DNA from: a virus
Virus record (IMG/VR): IMGVR_UViG_3300037882_003154
Span: 57,374 to 121,373 of that record
Strand: one strand, 5' to 3'
DNA length: 64,000 nucleotides
The notes beneath the pieces are model-generated. The model searched no databases, was not told the DNA's origin, and saw only the letters and a program-made list of their open reading frames with translations. The number at the start of each line of letters is the position of its first letter. Within the stretch, counting starts at the first letter, position 1. Positions 20,324 to 29,904 of the stretch are shown one piece after another. The position numbers and the translations under genes are program-made.

Positions 20324-20751
20324 TACAATTTTTCCTCTATAATATCGGCTATTTCCTGGAACGATTTGCCTTCGTCATTTAACATTGATAGTGTTATATG
20401 TCCATCTGCACCACCACCTATGATGATATCAAGTCCACCAAATACTTTAGTTCCAGACACACCTGATTGTTTAAATAGTGTGTCCTTAGATATACCAGCC
20501 CACTGAACCACAGATTCTGGCAAAAACTCATCTTTGCCATCAAAATAACACACTGTGTCAGCTAATTGGTCTGTGTAAAGTGATATGTGCGATTCTTCTA
20601 CAAATTTTTCACAGACACCTTCTTTAGCAGCCCTATCAGCCAGTACACCTAAGCAGCAATATCTGTTGTTCTTGGTCAGAGCGCCTTCACACTGTTGATA
20701 CTTGCCACTTCTAAGATCTTCCAACCACCATGATTTAACTTGTGGATTCAT
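20323..20751 (-). CDS. Conserved phage hypothetical protein (paralog of 63383..63766)
   Basis: W..LRSGKY.Q..L..YCCLGVL..LPESV..WAG..LND..F..IA..IE. Confidence 0.7.
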   Translation of the reverse strand: MNPQVKSWWLEDLRSGKYQQCEGALTKNNRYCCLGVLADRAAKEGVCEKFVEESHISLYTDQLADTVCYFDGKDEFLPESVVQWAGISKDTLFKQSGVSGTKVFGGLDIIIGGGADGHITLSMLNDEGKSFQEIADIIEEKL

Positions 20752-21094
20752 TTTCTAATGCCAACCTTTCTTTTTCCAAATTTCTGTTAATAGCTAGACT
20801 GGTATCGAATTTTTCTGGGTATCTAGCCCTTAGTTTGTCAATATTCCTTCGTTGCACTTCTTCAAACGAAACATTCATGGCATCGCACAAAATGGCTAAA
20901 TACCAGAATATATCACCGGCTTCTTCGATCAGATTGTGCCAATCAAGAGGTTTGTTATAAAACATTTCCCTCTTTTTAGCATCTAATAGTTCACCAGCCT
21001 CTGTTGCTAAACCAAGAGCAGCATGTAATATCCTGTCGGGATTTAATGTTGATTCGGTTCTTGTAGCTAATTTTATATATTCTTGATTGTTCAT
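20735..21094 (-). CDS. MazG-like nucleotide pyrophosphohydrolase
   Basis: LGLATEAGELLD..EEAGDIFWYLAILC..NIDKLRARYP. Confidence 0.9.
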   Translation of the reverse strand: MNNQEYIKLATRTESTLNPDRILHAALGLATEAGELLDAKKREMFYNKPLDWHNLIEEAGDIFWYLAILCDAMNVSFEEVQRRNIDKLRARYPEKFDTSLAINRNLEKERLALENESTS

Positions 21095-21972
21095 TTTGCC
21101 CCATTCATTTTAATATAACTGAATATGTGTGCTATTACATCAACACTCCAGCCATTGCCAATCGCTATCCTTCGTTGAGCATCCGAGATAATGGACGTAT
21201 AGTTATCTGGTAGTTGTTGTAACCTTTCTAGTTCTATACAGTTCAAATTGCCTATCTTGCCATTATCAAATAATAGCTTGATTTTCCCACTGCAATTAGA
21301 TAGTATTGTGCGAAACTTACCATCTAAAAGACAATATCTTTGGTCTTCCCAATAGTTATTCCCACAACCATCCTTTTTTGTATATTCATAATATAGCGGC
21401 TTTTTTTTTGTTGATGCTATAACATCCGTGTCTAGCCATTTTCTTTTATCACTTCTGTCGTCGGTTATTATATCTCTGACCACTATATTTTTGTCTTTTG
21501 GTTGTTCAATCCCAGAAACATTGGTCCAATATAATCTTCTTCTGTGTTGTGCCGATACTAAAGCAGAGTTTATTTCTATTGGCTGTACACCCATGTAGTC
21601 CGATATTATATCAGACCACTCTTTTTTCATAACAACATTTTCTAACAGAAAATATCTTGGCGATATCTCTTGTAGAAGACGAATATATTCAAAAAATAAT
21701 TTACCGCTAGTACCATCCATACCCTGTTTTTTACCACTACTACTGAATGATACACAGGGGCTTCCACCAATTAATAGGTCTGTCTTGGGCAAATTAACAG
21801 CAGAAATAGCCGATATATCACCAAGCTGTATCGTGTGTGGGAAATGATATTGGGTTACTTTTATAGCATGTTTATTAATTTCTGATGCATAATAATTATC
21901 ATATCTTATATTAGCTCTGTGCAATGCAAGTTGACCACAACTAATACCATCAAATAAAGATAGAACATTCAT
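21091..21972 (-). CDS. DNA (cytosine-5) methyltransferase
   Basis: LSLFDGISCG (motif I), GGSPC (IV), LLENV (VI), QHRRRLYW (VIII), IGNGW (X). Confidence 0.9.
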   Translation of the reverse strand: MNVLSLFDGISCGQLALHRANIRYDNYYASEINKHAIKVTQYHFPHTIQLGDISAISAVNLPKTDLLIGGSPCVSFSSSGKKQGMDGTSGKLFFEYIRLLQEISPRYFLLENVVMKKEWSDIISDYMGVQPIEINSALVSAQHRRRLYWTNVSGIEQPKDKNIVVRDIITDDRSDKRKWLDTDVIASTKKKPLYYEYTKKDGCGNNYWEDQRYCLLDGKFRTILSNCSGKIKLLFDNGKIGNLNCIELERLQQLPDNYTSIISDAQRRIAIGNGWSVDVIAHIFSYIKMNGAK

Positions 21973-23879
21973 GGCGATACATTTCTTTGTATTTCAGCTA
22001 ACTTAGATAATGCCGAAAGCCCAAGGCAATCTAATTTAAGAATTCCAAGACTTTCTGCATCTCTCATGTCTATGTATATTATTTGTCTATCACTGCTCTT
22101 ATCATGCCCCATCGGAACTATATCTACTAATGGGACCGGAGAAACAAATAGGGCTGATGCATGTTTAGACATAGCCTTAATTGTCCCCTCAAGTCTTATT
22201 GCCTGTTTGAAATATCTAGCATATTTACCAACTATAGCACCACCCTCATCTATAGAGCACCACTCTGATAGCTCCTTTTGGTTATTTTGCAATGACCATA
22301 GAATTATACTGGGATCTTCACCATCTTCTTTCATCTCCTGTAGTTCGTCGGCAATGGCTGCTTCATCGGGAATGTGTTCGGTAATTTTATTCATTTCTTC
22401 AAAGCCACAAATGTCGTGGGCTCTTAATACATCTTTAAGAGCCCCTCTGCCTTTGAACTTTGAAAACGTACATATTTGTGCTACTTGTTCTATTCCATAT
22501 TTATGTTCTATGTACTCTATTACTTTGTGACGATCATCTATTGGGAAGTCTGAATCAATGTCTGGCAGGTCTATTTTCTTCTTGTCAAGTCTTGCAGGAT
22601 TAATGAATCTTTCAAAGATTAAGCCATATTTTATTGGGTCTATCTCAGTAATGTTCATTAAGTAGCACATCAAAGAGCCAGCACAGCTACCACGAGAAGG
22701 TCCCACAAGTATGCCATGATTTTTAGCCCAGTTGATATAATCTTGAACAATCAAAAAGTAATCAGACAAACCATAAGGAGATATTACCCCAATTTCGTAT
22801 TTAATTCTGTCTACATACTTTTGCTGTTCTTCTTGAGCAATGCATCCAATGATTTTTTTTCTCCATCCATCTCTGCATAAGTGTGTTAAATATTCATTGG
22901 AATCCTTGTGTTCTTTTGGTATGCCAAATTTTGGTAAGAAAGGAGTATTACTTAATGAGTATGTCTCACACTTTTCTGCTATTTCTAATGTATGAGATAT
23001 CTCTTCAAGAGTATTATTGGCTAACATCTCTTGTGGTGATGGGATATGATAATTGTTAGATTTAAAAAACCCACTAAGTCCAAATTCTTCATCATTATCC
23101 AGAGCCCTCTGTATCTTCTTAAAATTGGTCTTTAACATCGTACATAACAAAACCCTTTGATCTTGAGCATCTTCTTGTCTACAATAGTGGGCATCTGCTG
23201 TAGATACACAAGGTATATTGTTTTTTTTGCCAATTTTTCTGAGACAGTCGGCTATTACATTTTGAACAGGAAGATTTTCCCTGTCTATTAACTGTATTTC
23301 TAAGTAAAAATTTTCTTTACCAAATATTTCTATGTGTTTTTGGGCTAGTTCCAGGGCTTTGTCATACCAATCGGGGACAAGTAATTGTTCGGCTTCTTTG
23401 GTGGTATTAGCCCTATAAGACAGTTTTGGATCTGCAAATAATATATTAGCCATTTGTGACCCAGGATGACCACTGAAACACAATAGATTGCCCATAAATC
23501 CACTAAATTGTTCTAGCTGTAATCTGGGCTTATAGTAAAAGTTTTCCTTTAGATTAGAAAATGAAACAGCCTTAATAAGACTTTGCCAGCCCATCTTATT
23601 CTTAGCAAGAACGACCAAGTGTGCTAGCTGTCTATTTTTTTGGGTCTTAATAGATGGGTGATCATTAGACAGATAAAATTCACACCCTAATATGGGTTTT
23701 TTATTGGCTTCTAAGAACAGTTTATTAAAAGCAAATGCCTCTGATACAGTACCATGATCTGTAATGGCACATCCCGGCAAACCAATTTCAGTTATCCTAT
23801 TTAGGATGTCCTTAGGCTTGCTAACACCATCTAGTACAGATGCGTGGCTGTGGGTATGAAGACTAAAATAAGTGCTCAT
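21969..23879 (-). CDS. dnaE: DNA polymerase III alpha, N-terminal half (PHP + catalytic palm/thumb)
   Basis: HTHSHASVLDG, ITDHG, TADAHY (PHP); GPSRGSCAGSL, FERF, PDIDSDF, SKHASA, KLDCLGL, then a stop codon. Confidence 0.92.
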   Translation of the reverse strand: MSTYFSLHTHSHASVLDGVSKPKDILNRITEIGLPGCAITDHGTVSEAFAFNKLFLEANKKPILGCEFYLSNDHPSIKTQKNRQLAHLVVLAKNKMGWQSLIKAVSFSNLKENFYYKPRLQLEQFSGFMGNLLCFSGHPGSQMANILFADPKLSYRANTTKEAEQLLVPDWYDKALELAQKHIEIFGKENFYLEIQLIDRENLPVQNVIADCLRKIGKKNNIPCVSTADAHYCRQEDAQDQRVLLCTMLKTNFKKIQRALDNDEEFGLSGFFKSNNYHIPSPQEMLANNTLEEISHTLEIAEKCETYSLSNTPFLPKFGIPKEHKDSNEYLTHLCRDGWRKKIIGCIAQEEQQKYVDRIKYEIGVISPYGLSDYFLIVQDYINWAKNHGILVGPSRGSCAGSLMCYLMNITEIDPIKYGLIFERFINPARLDKKKIDLPDIDSDFPIDDRHKVIEYIEHKYGIEQVAQICTFSKFKGRGALKDVLRAHDICGFEEMNKITEHIPDEAAIADELQEMKEDGEDPSIILWSLQNNQKELSEWCSIDEGGAIVGKYARYFKQAIRLEGTIKAMSKHASALFVSPVPLVDIVPMGHDKSSDRQIIYIDMRDAESLGILKLDCLGLSALSKLAEIQRNVSP

Positions 23880-24880
23880 TGACTAACCCTACCGCCACCA
23901 TCAGAATATTCGGCAATTTTAAATCCAGCCTGTGTGTGATTTTTCATCACGGTATCAATGCCATATAATTGTATTTCATCTTTGAAGAAATCACAATAAG
24001 ACTTGTCTTTTGTATATGGCTTGGAATATTGACAGAAGTTTTTACATTTCCATGTCAAATTAACATGGGGCTTTTCTACATTCCTTATAGCCAATATTCT
24101 ATTCTTAATCAGCTCTTCACATCTTGGTATATCTCTTTTAGTAAATGGCAGAGTATAAACACCACCATGATTAGAAAAAAATATGCTCACAATTATATGT
24201 TTATATTGTGGAAACACTTTACATGCAGCCCAATAATACATCATTAGTTGTGGATCTGAACACAATTCATTAAATCCCTTAACTTTTGGTATTATTGGCG
24301 AAAAGTCTTGGGGCTTGCCGGTTTTTAGATCTACTAATTCTATTGTGTCTTTGTTAAGAATGGATATGTGATCTAGGGTTCCCTTGACAGCAAAATTGCC
24401 CTTAATCACTCCATTTGGAGATCCCTGTTGATACTCAGCCCACTTTTCCTTTATCTCTATATCAAACTTGAATTCGGGCTCTAGTATATTCCTTAATAAT
24501 GGATTGAACATTCCACTTTTATATTCTAATAACTTATATGCCCATGTACAACACTGCTTTTTGTCTTTTTCTGTTAATGTAATATGTGGGGTGTTTTCTT
24601 TATAGAAATTAAATGCCAGTTCATTTATAGCCTCTATATTACTGGGATCAAAATCTTGGGTTACAAAAGATCCCAGGGAATCATCAACAAATGTTTTGGC
24701 TTTGTCTTGTGTAGCTTTTTTATATCTGGCTAATATTTCATAAAATTTATGTACCACATTTCCTTTTGCTGCTGCCACCCCAGCCAAAGACTTAAACCCC
24801 AGAACATAAGTAAGGAAATACCTGTGTTGACAAAATGAAAAGTCATTATATGAAGAAGATCTTAGGTATGTAATGAGCAA
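23876..24880 (-). CDS. PD-(D/E)XK nuclease, Cas4/AddB-like
   Basis: SSSY..F..C, GTLDH..LVDLKTG, QLMMY, C-terminal CKNFC..C. Confidence 0.8.
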   Translation of the reverse strand: MLITYLRSSSYNDFSFCQHRYFLTYVLGFKSLAGVAAAKGNVVHKFYEILARYKKATQDKAKTFVDDSLGSFVTQDFDPSNIEAINELAFNFYKENTPHITLTEKDKKQCCTWAYKLLEYKSGMFNPLLRNILEPEFKFDIEIKEKWAEYQQGSPNGVIKGNFAVKGTLDHISILNKDTIELVDLKTGKPQDFSPIIPKVKGFNELCSDPQLMMYYWAACKVFPQYKHIIVSIFFSNHGGVYTLPFTKRDIPRCEELIKNRILAIRNVEKPHVNLTWKCKNFCQYSKPYTKDKSYCDFFKDEIQLYGIDTVMKNHTQAGFKIAEYSDGGGRVSQ

Positions 24881-24919
24881 TGGTGGTGTTCCTGGGATTT
24901 GAGGAGTGGACGCCCAATA

Positions 24920-25693
24920 TTAGTTTTCAATAAAATTATAGTTGATGTATCCCCAGTCTATTAGTTTCTTATGTAGCACAGCATGGCAGCCTTCTAGTGA
25001 TATATCTTGGTTTTCTAAAATGAAATCAAAATTAGCCCAATCATATTTATCGGCATCTAATGCCACTTCGGATGCATCTGTGTCTTCTTCTACTTTTCTG
25101 GTAAGCCTAATAACTTTGCCACCAGCGGTCTGAATAGCCTTTACTTCATTGGGAAATCTAACATCGGCAATTACAGCCAATCTTGATTCTTCTTTCTCAA
25201 TTTTTGTTAATGTATTTTCTATCCATATATCATTATGAAAAGCCCTCATAACATCAGTGCCAACAAACTGCATAACCTGACGGGCAGTCATATATTCGCC
25301 TTCACGAATATGACCTGGTGGATATTTATACTTAGTTATAGAATTCTTATCATCATTGTCGCCATATACCTGTTTCCATTCTAGCCCCAAAACCCCCATA
25401 CACAAATCCTTTTTTAATGAATCAGCGAACGAATAGGGCTTAATATGCTGGAACACATTGGTTTCTAACCAGTCATTGAGCCCTATATCATTAGACTGGA
25501 ATTCCAGAAACATGTTTGTGGTTTCACCATTCTCTTCTTTTTTATCGGTATTTACAATCAATCTTCCATCATTGCTTATGTGGAAATATCTAATTATACC
25601 AATGTGCAACATTTCAGAACCACAAAGAAAATTACTAGCAGATGTTTTCCCAGCTTGTTTTTTTCCCGATATTCCTAAAATTTTTGTAAGCAT
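24920..25693 (-). CDS. Deoxynucleoside monophosphate kinase
   Basis: GISGKKQAGKT P-loop, SFADSLK, ARQVMQFVGTD, IADVRFPNE. Confidence 0.88.
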   Translation of the reverse strand: MLTKILGISGKKQAGKTSASNFLCGSEMLHIGIIRYFHISNDGRLIVNTDKKEENGETTNMFLEFQSNDIGLNDWLETNVFQHIKPYSFADSLKKDLCMGVLGLEWKQVYGDNDDKNSITKYKYPPGHIREGEYMTARQVMQFVGTDVMRAFHNDIWIENTLTKIEKEESRLAVIADVRFPNEVKAIQTAGGKVIRLTRKVEEDTDASEVALDADKYDWANFDFILENQDISLEGCHAVLHKKLIDWGYINYNFIEN

Positions 25694-25720
25694 ATTGTTC
25701 CTTTGTTATTATAATTAAAA

Positions 25721-25996
25721 CTAGTCTACGTATTTAGAATCAACAAATTTGGTTGGGATGGTAATTGCGTGCCTTGTTCCCTTAGCATGTATATCATCAC
25801 AGTGTTCGCATGACTCACAATTTATATGTCCAAAAAAATAATATTTGTCTTGGTATTTGTAAATGTGTCTTATGCTGTGTATGGGGCTATTCCAGTTGTC
25901 ACAGGCTTGGATGCACTCATCTAGTGTATTAAAAGCTTCGGCATCAGGAGGTGGTATATTGTTGTGCCGATTGAAGTCTAGCATTTGCTGTCTCAT
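25721..25996 (-). CDS. Hypothetical protein
   Basis: Start moved to MRQQM; its ATG lies within the repeat shared by the two MTase 3' ends. Cys/His-rich. Confidence 0.5.
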   Translation of the reverse strand: MRQQMLDFNRHNNIPPPDAEAFNTLDECIQACDNWNSPIHSIRHIYKYQDKYYFFGHINCESCEHCDDIHAKGTRHAITIPTKFVDSKYVD

Positions 25997-26729
25997 AATA
26001 TTCTCGGTTATTTTCTGACAAAATAAATCTTCGGCTTGTTTCTTTACAAGCAATGCCGGTCGATCCAGAACCGGCAAATGGATCTAAGACAATATCATTT
26101 TCTTCACTACAAAGTTTTATTAGCCATGATATAAATTCTGATGATTTGGGTGTTGGATGTTGTATTTTTTTTGCTGGGTTCTCAGTTGAGTAAGGGTAAC
26201 TATCACCAAACCAACATGCAGGAAATCTTGTTTTGAATTCTGCCGTTGGCTTTCTTCCCTTATTTGGCACTGTACCAGCCCTTTTATTTCTCATTAACTC
26301 TGTGTTCTGAAAATGAAACCGTCCTTTGTGTGCAAACAACAACCAGTCGGCATTACTTTGAAAAGAACCATATAGATCATGTGTTCCAGATGCTCTTTTT
26401 TGTACAATAAGTGGTTCTCTCATTTTAAAACCAGCAGCCCGAATCTCTTGAAAATGTTGCGGATATGTACTCCAGCCAGTATAAATAAATATGCATGAAT
26501 TATCTTTAAGGACTCTATAAAATTCTCTAGCTATCTGTAAATATGAAAAAGGTTTTTCATCACCATCTATTATATCAAATTTTTGATGGGTATATAGGTT
26601 TTGGTATTTGATACCATAGGGTGGATCAGTAATAACTAATGATACTGAATTATCTGGTATTTTTTTAATTAGATCGTAGCAACAATCAAAATGTATTTTA
26701 TCAACTAAGTCTTGTGGTGGCAATATCAT
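25944..26729 (-). CDS. DNA N4-cytosine/N6-adenine methyltransferase (beta class)
   Basis: TDPPYG, HPTPKS, VLDPFAGSGSTG. Confidence 0.9.
   Translation of the reverse strand: MILPPQDLVDKIHFDCCYDLIKKIPDNSVSLVITDPPYGIKYQNLYTHQKFDIIDGDEKPFSYLQIAREFYRVLKDNSCIFIYTGWSTYPQHFQEIRAAGFKMREPLIVQKRASGTHDLYGSFQSNADWLLFAHKGRFHFQNTELMRNKRAGTVPNKGRKPTAEFKTRFPACWFGDSYPYSTENPAKKIQHPTPKSSEFISWLIKLCSEENDIVLDPFAGSGSTGIACKETSRRFILSENNREYYETANARLQSAQQYTTS
25993..26015. repeat. 23-bp direct repeat, copy 1 (copy 2 at 26726..26748)
   Basis: tcataatattctcggttattttc vs tcataatattctctgttattctc, 21/23 identical. Confidence 0.8.
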
Positions 26730-27408
26730 AATATTCTCTGTTATTCTCAACCCCTATATATCTGCGATTAGTATTTTTGGCTGCAATTATCGTAGAACCA
26801 ACGCCCATGCAATTATCTAATACCACATCGTTTTCATTTGTATATGTTCTAATTAGATATTCACACAAAGCAACAGGTTTTTGTGTTGGATGTAATTTTT
26901 GTTTATCATAATCAATGTCTATGATTGATAGCGGATATCTTTCACCATTGTTTTCTGTAATCACAGACTCTTGTTTATTATAATTATTGCTACCTCTACC
27001 ACTCTTACATTTGTATGGTTTTCCTATTGTCTTTTGTGGATTATATGTGGGTTGATCTCGGTAGAATATCAGGACTTGTTCATGATTCCGTAATGGCTGT
27101 TTTTTCGCATTCAGATGACCAGTCCCCTGTGATTTTTTCCACACCCATTCATATTTATACCCATCAATATTTGACATTATTAAGCGGGCGGCAAAACCAC
27201 CAGTGGCATTAAGGGCGATACAGCCATTGTCTTTGATGATTCTAAAATATTCAGACCACAGCTTATTTAAATTTAATGGAGTGTCCCACTTGTTATTAGT
27301 TATTCCATAGGGCAAATCGCATAGAATGAAATCAACACTCCTATCTTCAATTTTTGGAAAAATGTTAAAGCAGTCATCACAAAATATTTGATTAATCAGA
27401 TTTTCCAT
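26701..27408 (-). CDS. DNA N4-cytosine/N6-adenine methyltransferase (beta class)
   Basis: CDLPYG, HPTQKPV, VLDNCMGVGST. Confidence 0.9.
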   Translation of the reverse strand: MENLINQIFCDDCFNIFPKIEDRSVDFILCDLPYGITNNKWDTPLNLNKLWSEYFRIIKDNGCIALNATGGFAARLIMSNIDGYKYEWVWKKSQGTGHLNAKKQPLRNHEQVLIFYRDQPTYNPQKTIGKPYKCKSGRGSNNYNKQESVITENNGERYPLSIIDIDYDKQKLHPTQKPVALCEYLIRTYTNENDVVLDNCMGVGSTIIAAKNTNRRYIGVENNREYYDIATTRLS

Positions 27409-28436
27409 CTTTTAATGTTATCTTGTATTGTTAAACTATCCATATCCCCTATATCTTCAAAATTATTATAATGTACGTCAAGAACATGCACATTAAACAA
27501 TTTTCCCAACTGTTTTTTGATAAAATTAGATGCTCTTTCACCAGCCTCACCAGGGTCCATAGCCAAATATACATTGTTGACCTGTGAGCACTCTAAGAGT
27601 ATTTGCTGTGCATCTGTGAGTGCTGTTCCAAAAATAGCTATAACATTTTTTTGACCTTCCTGAATCAGCTTAAGGGCATTTCCAACAGATTCCACTATTA
27701 TTATATTCTGGGCTTCTTGACATTGCCACCAATTAAACAGGCAATTTTTAGGATTGAAACTTGGGCTATGCAGCCACTTCGATACTCCCTTTGTGTGAAA
27801 ATCGTCTAAGACTGTTCTTCCAGTACAGCCCAATAAATACTGGTGTTGATTATCATAGATGGGCACTACCGCTCTATACCTCATCAGCTTTTGTTTATTA
27901 GTACAAACACCAATATCATACTGATCTAAAATTTCTTTGCTATATCCCTTATTTAAATAAAATTGGGCTGGGATTACTAGCTTGTCTCGTACCTGCTGTC
28001 TAGTAATATATCCTTTGCCCTGAACATTCCTCTTGTTGAATACAGCCAATCTTTTATTAGCTTTGTGCTGTTCTATTTTTTCTTTATCTACTTTAATATT
28101 TTTGGTATCTATATTATAGAGATCAATAATATAATCAATAGCCTGCCGCCAGCCACAATCCCTTACCCCTTTGACTAGACCAAATGGACTAGCACCATGA
28201 GTTTTGTGACATCTATTAGAGAAGCAGACCCACTTACAATAGTCATATTCATCATTGCCTAAATACATCCTCCACGATGTAGGATTGCTGCCATTGTGGG
28301 CTGGACATTTTCCGATTAAATATCTATCACTGTTCCTGTAATTGATACCCAGTTGATCTACCAACAATTCTATCTGTGGAGATATAATTGCTGCTATTCT
28401 TTCTAAAACCGGCTGATTTGAATATAGATTGTGCAT
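27396..28436 (-). CDS. DNA primase (Zn-finger + TOPRIM)
   Basis: CPAH..W.C..C zinc finger, RAVVPIYD..GCTGR, IIVES..AIFGT..AMD. Confidence 0.85.
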   Translation of the reverse strand: MHNLYSNQPVLERIAAIISPQIELLVDQLGINYRNSDRYLIGKCPAHNGSNPTSWRMYLGNDEYDYCKWVCFSNRCHKTHGASPFGLVKGVRDCGWRQAIDYIIDLYNIDTKNIKVDKEKIEQHKANKRLAVFNKRNVQGKGYITRQQVRDKLVIPAQFYLNKGYSKEILDQYDIGVCTNKQKLMRYRAVVPIYDNQHQYLLGCTGRTVLDDFHTKGVSKWLHSPSFNPKNCLFNWWQCQEAQNIIIVESVGNALKLIQEGQKNVIAIFGTALTDAQQILLECSQVNNVYLAMDPGEAGERASNFIKKQLGKLFNVHVLDVHYNNFEDIGDMDSLTIQDNIKRWKI

Positions 28437-28442
28437 TTGGCA

Positions 28443-29885
28443 TTAAAAGGTTTCCCCGATCAAATTTTCAACACTCTCTTGGAAACCACTATTATCCGTA
28501 TTGTCTGTATTTAAGCACACCTCTGTAATTCTATTGTATTGTCCGTCCATTTGCATACAGACATATTCGTTTTGATCTAATCCACCACCATGTCTACCTA
28601 ATACGAATACCATTTTTCTATTACCCTTTGTTATACCGTCTTGGGCTATTTCTTCATCGCTCTTATGTTTGAATATACAGAAGTGTGAGCATATCCAGGC
28701 TTGCCTGTCACTGCCCGAAACAACATCAGAGCTCTCTTTATTGATCCCATCTCTATTCAGTTGTATAAAGGATAAACATGGCACCGAATGTGTAACACAA
28801 AAATTATGAAGCGATCCTATTTGAAACCCCAAAAGCTGATATTCTTGTAGGGTTCGGGTCATGTCGTCCGTATTAGCCAATTTAAGATAATCATATAATA
28901 TTAAACAATCTTTGGTAATACCATTTTCATCCTTGCCTACGATTTTCAGTAGCCATCGCCTAGCAATGGCTAAGATTTCTTCTATGGGCTTGCCAACAGC
29001 GGAGACATGATAATAGGGTATTTTAGAAAGTTTTTTTGCGGCACCCTTTACTGATTTAAGTTTGTTTTCATCTTTACCAAACTTACCGGTCTCAATAGTA
29101 TATATATCTACATTAGACAGGTTAGCTAGAGCCCTATGTCTTTGGTCTGATACAACCATTTCAGTATCAAGAAAAAGCACGGGAATATTAAGTTTTTCAC
29201 TAACATATAGGGCTACATTATTTGCTAGTGTGCTTTTGCCAGCTTTTGTACGAGCCCCAATCAAACCCACTGTACCCCTTCTAATGCCACCACCTATCAT
29301 GGAGTCGTATAGTGGATAGCCAGTTGAAACACCTATGTTTTCTTTTGGGTTATCTTTTAGGTGGTCAATATACTCTCCAATATTATTGCCCATCATTACT
29401 GGGTCTGATGTGTCAGTAGAGCTTAGATTATCTGAAAACTCAAATATGGGCTTTTCTGCTATGTTGATAATACTAGTCAGAGGCTCATCACCAGTTATCT
29501 GACAAAGTTCGGCAATAGATAGCTGTAATTTGTCCCTATATCCCCTTGCTATTTCTAATTTCCTGATCTTGATAGCTATTTTTCTTATGTTTTCTCTAGC
29601 AATTGGGCGATTATATAAGCTCCTGATGTATTTTTGCTCTTCTATATCATCCAGTATGTTGTCGAGTTTTAGGCTTTTACCAGCAGACTCTATTAAAGAA
29701 TAATCTATTTTGGCATTAGGATCATTGGCATAGATATATTGAATAATTTCCCACAAAACCCTATTAGATTTTGTTGTAAATGTCTCATTAGTTATTAAGT
29801 CTAATATATCATAATAAATATCGCTATTATTTTGTAAAATTCCAGCTATTACCGATCTCTCGGATGCAATGTCTACTAATTCCAC
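28443..29885 (-). CDS. dnaB: Replicative DNA helicase, DnaB family
   Basis: SERSVIAGIL N-domain, GVSTGY..D..GG, GARTKAGKST Walker A, LYDYLKL, IQLNR. Confidence 0.92.
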   Translation of the reverse strand: MELVDIASERSVIAGILQNNSDIYYDILDLITNETFTTKSNRVLWEIIQYIYANDPNAKIDYSLIESAGKSLKLDNILDDIEEQKYIRSLYNRPIARENIRKIAIKIRKLEIARGYRDKLQLSIAELCQITGDEPLTSIINIAEKPIFEFSDNLSSTDTSDPVMMGNNIGEYIDHLKDNPKENIGVSTGYPLYDSMIGGGIRRGTVGLIGARTKAGKSTLANNVALYVSEKLNIPVLFLDTEMVVSDQRHRALANLSNVDIYTIETGKFGKDENKLKSVKGAAKKLSKIPYYHVSAVGKPIEEILAIARRWLLKIVGKDENGITKDCLILYDYLKLANTDDMTRTLQEYQLLGFQIGSLHNFCVTHSVPCLSFIQLNRDGINKESSDVVSGSDRQAWICSHFCIFKHKSDEEIAQDGITKGNRKMVFVLGRHGGGLDQNEYVCMQMDGQYNRITEVCLNTDNTDNSGFQESVENLIGETF

Positions 29886-29904
29886 AGTAACCTCTGTGTT
29901 AATA

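Noticed and set aside
8606-21419. Other T9 homopolymers (about 8606 and 21411) as frameshift sites
   Set aside because: The host ORFs stay in frame and complete across them.
19644-21972. Trans-splicing split intein or group I intron joining the dnaE halves
   Set aside because: No intein N-block after KLDCLGL and no intein C-block before PLDD. The gap is filled by ordinary coupled ORFs with no room for intron structure.
122-21972. T4-like glucosyl-hmC DNA hypermodification as the function of the GT island
   Set aside because: No dCMP hydroxymethylase (ThyA-like) or TET/JBP oxygenase is in the window and the thymidylate synthase is ThyX. Not excluded, but not supported here.
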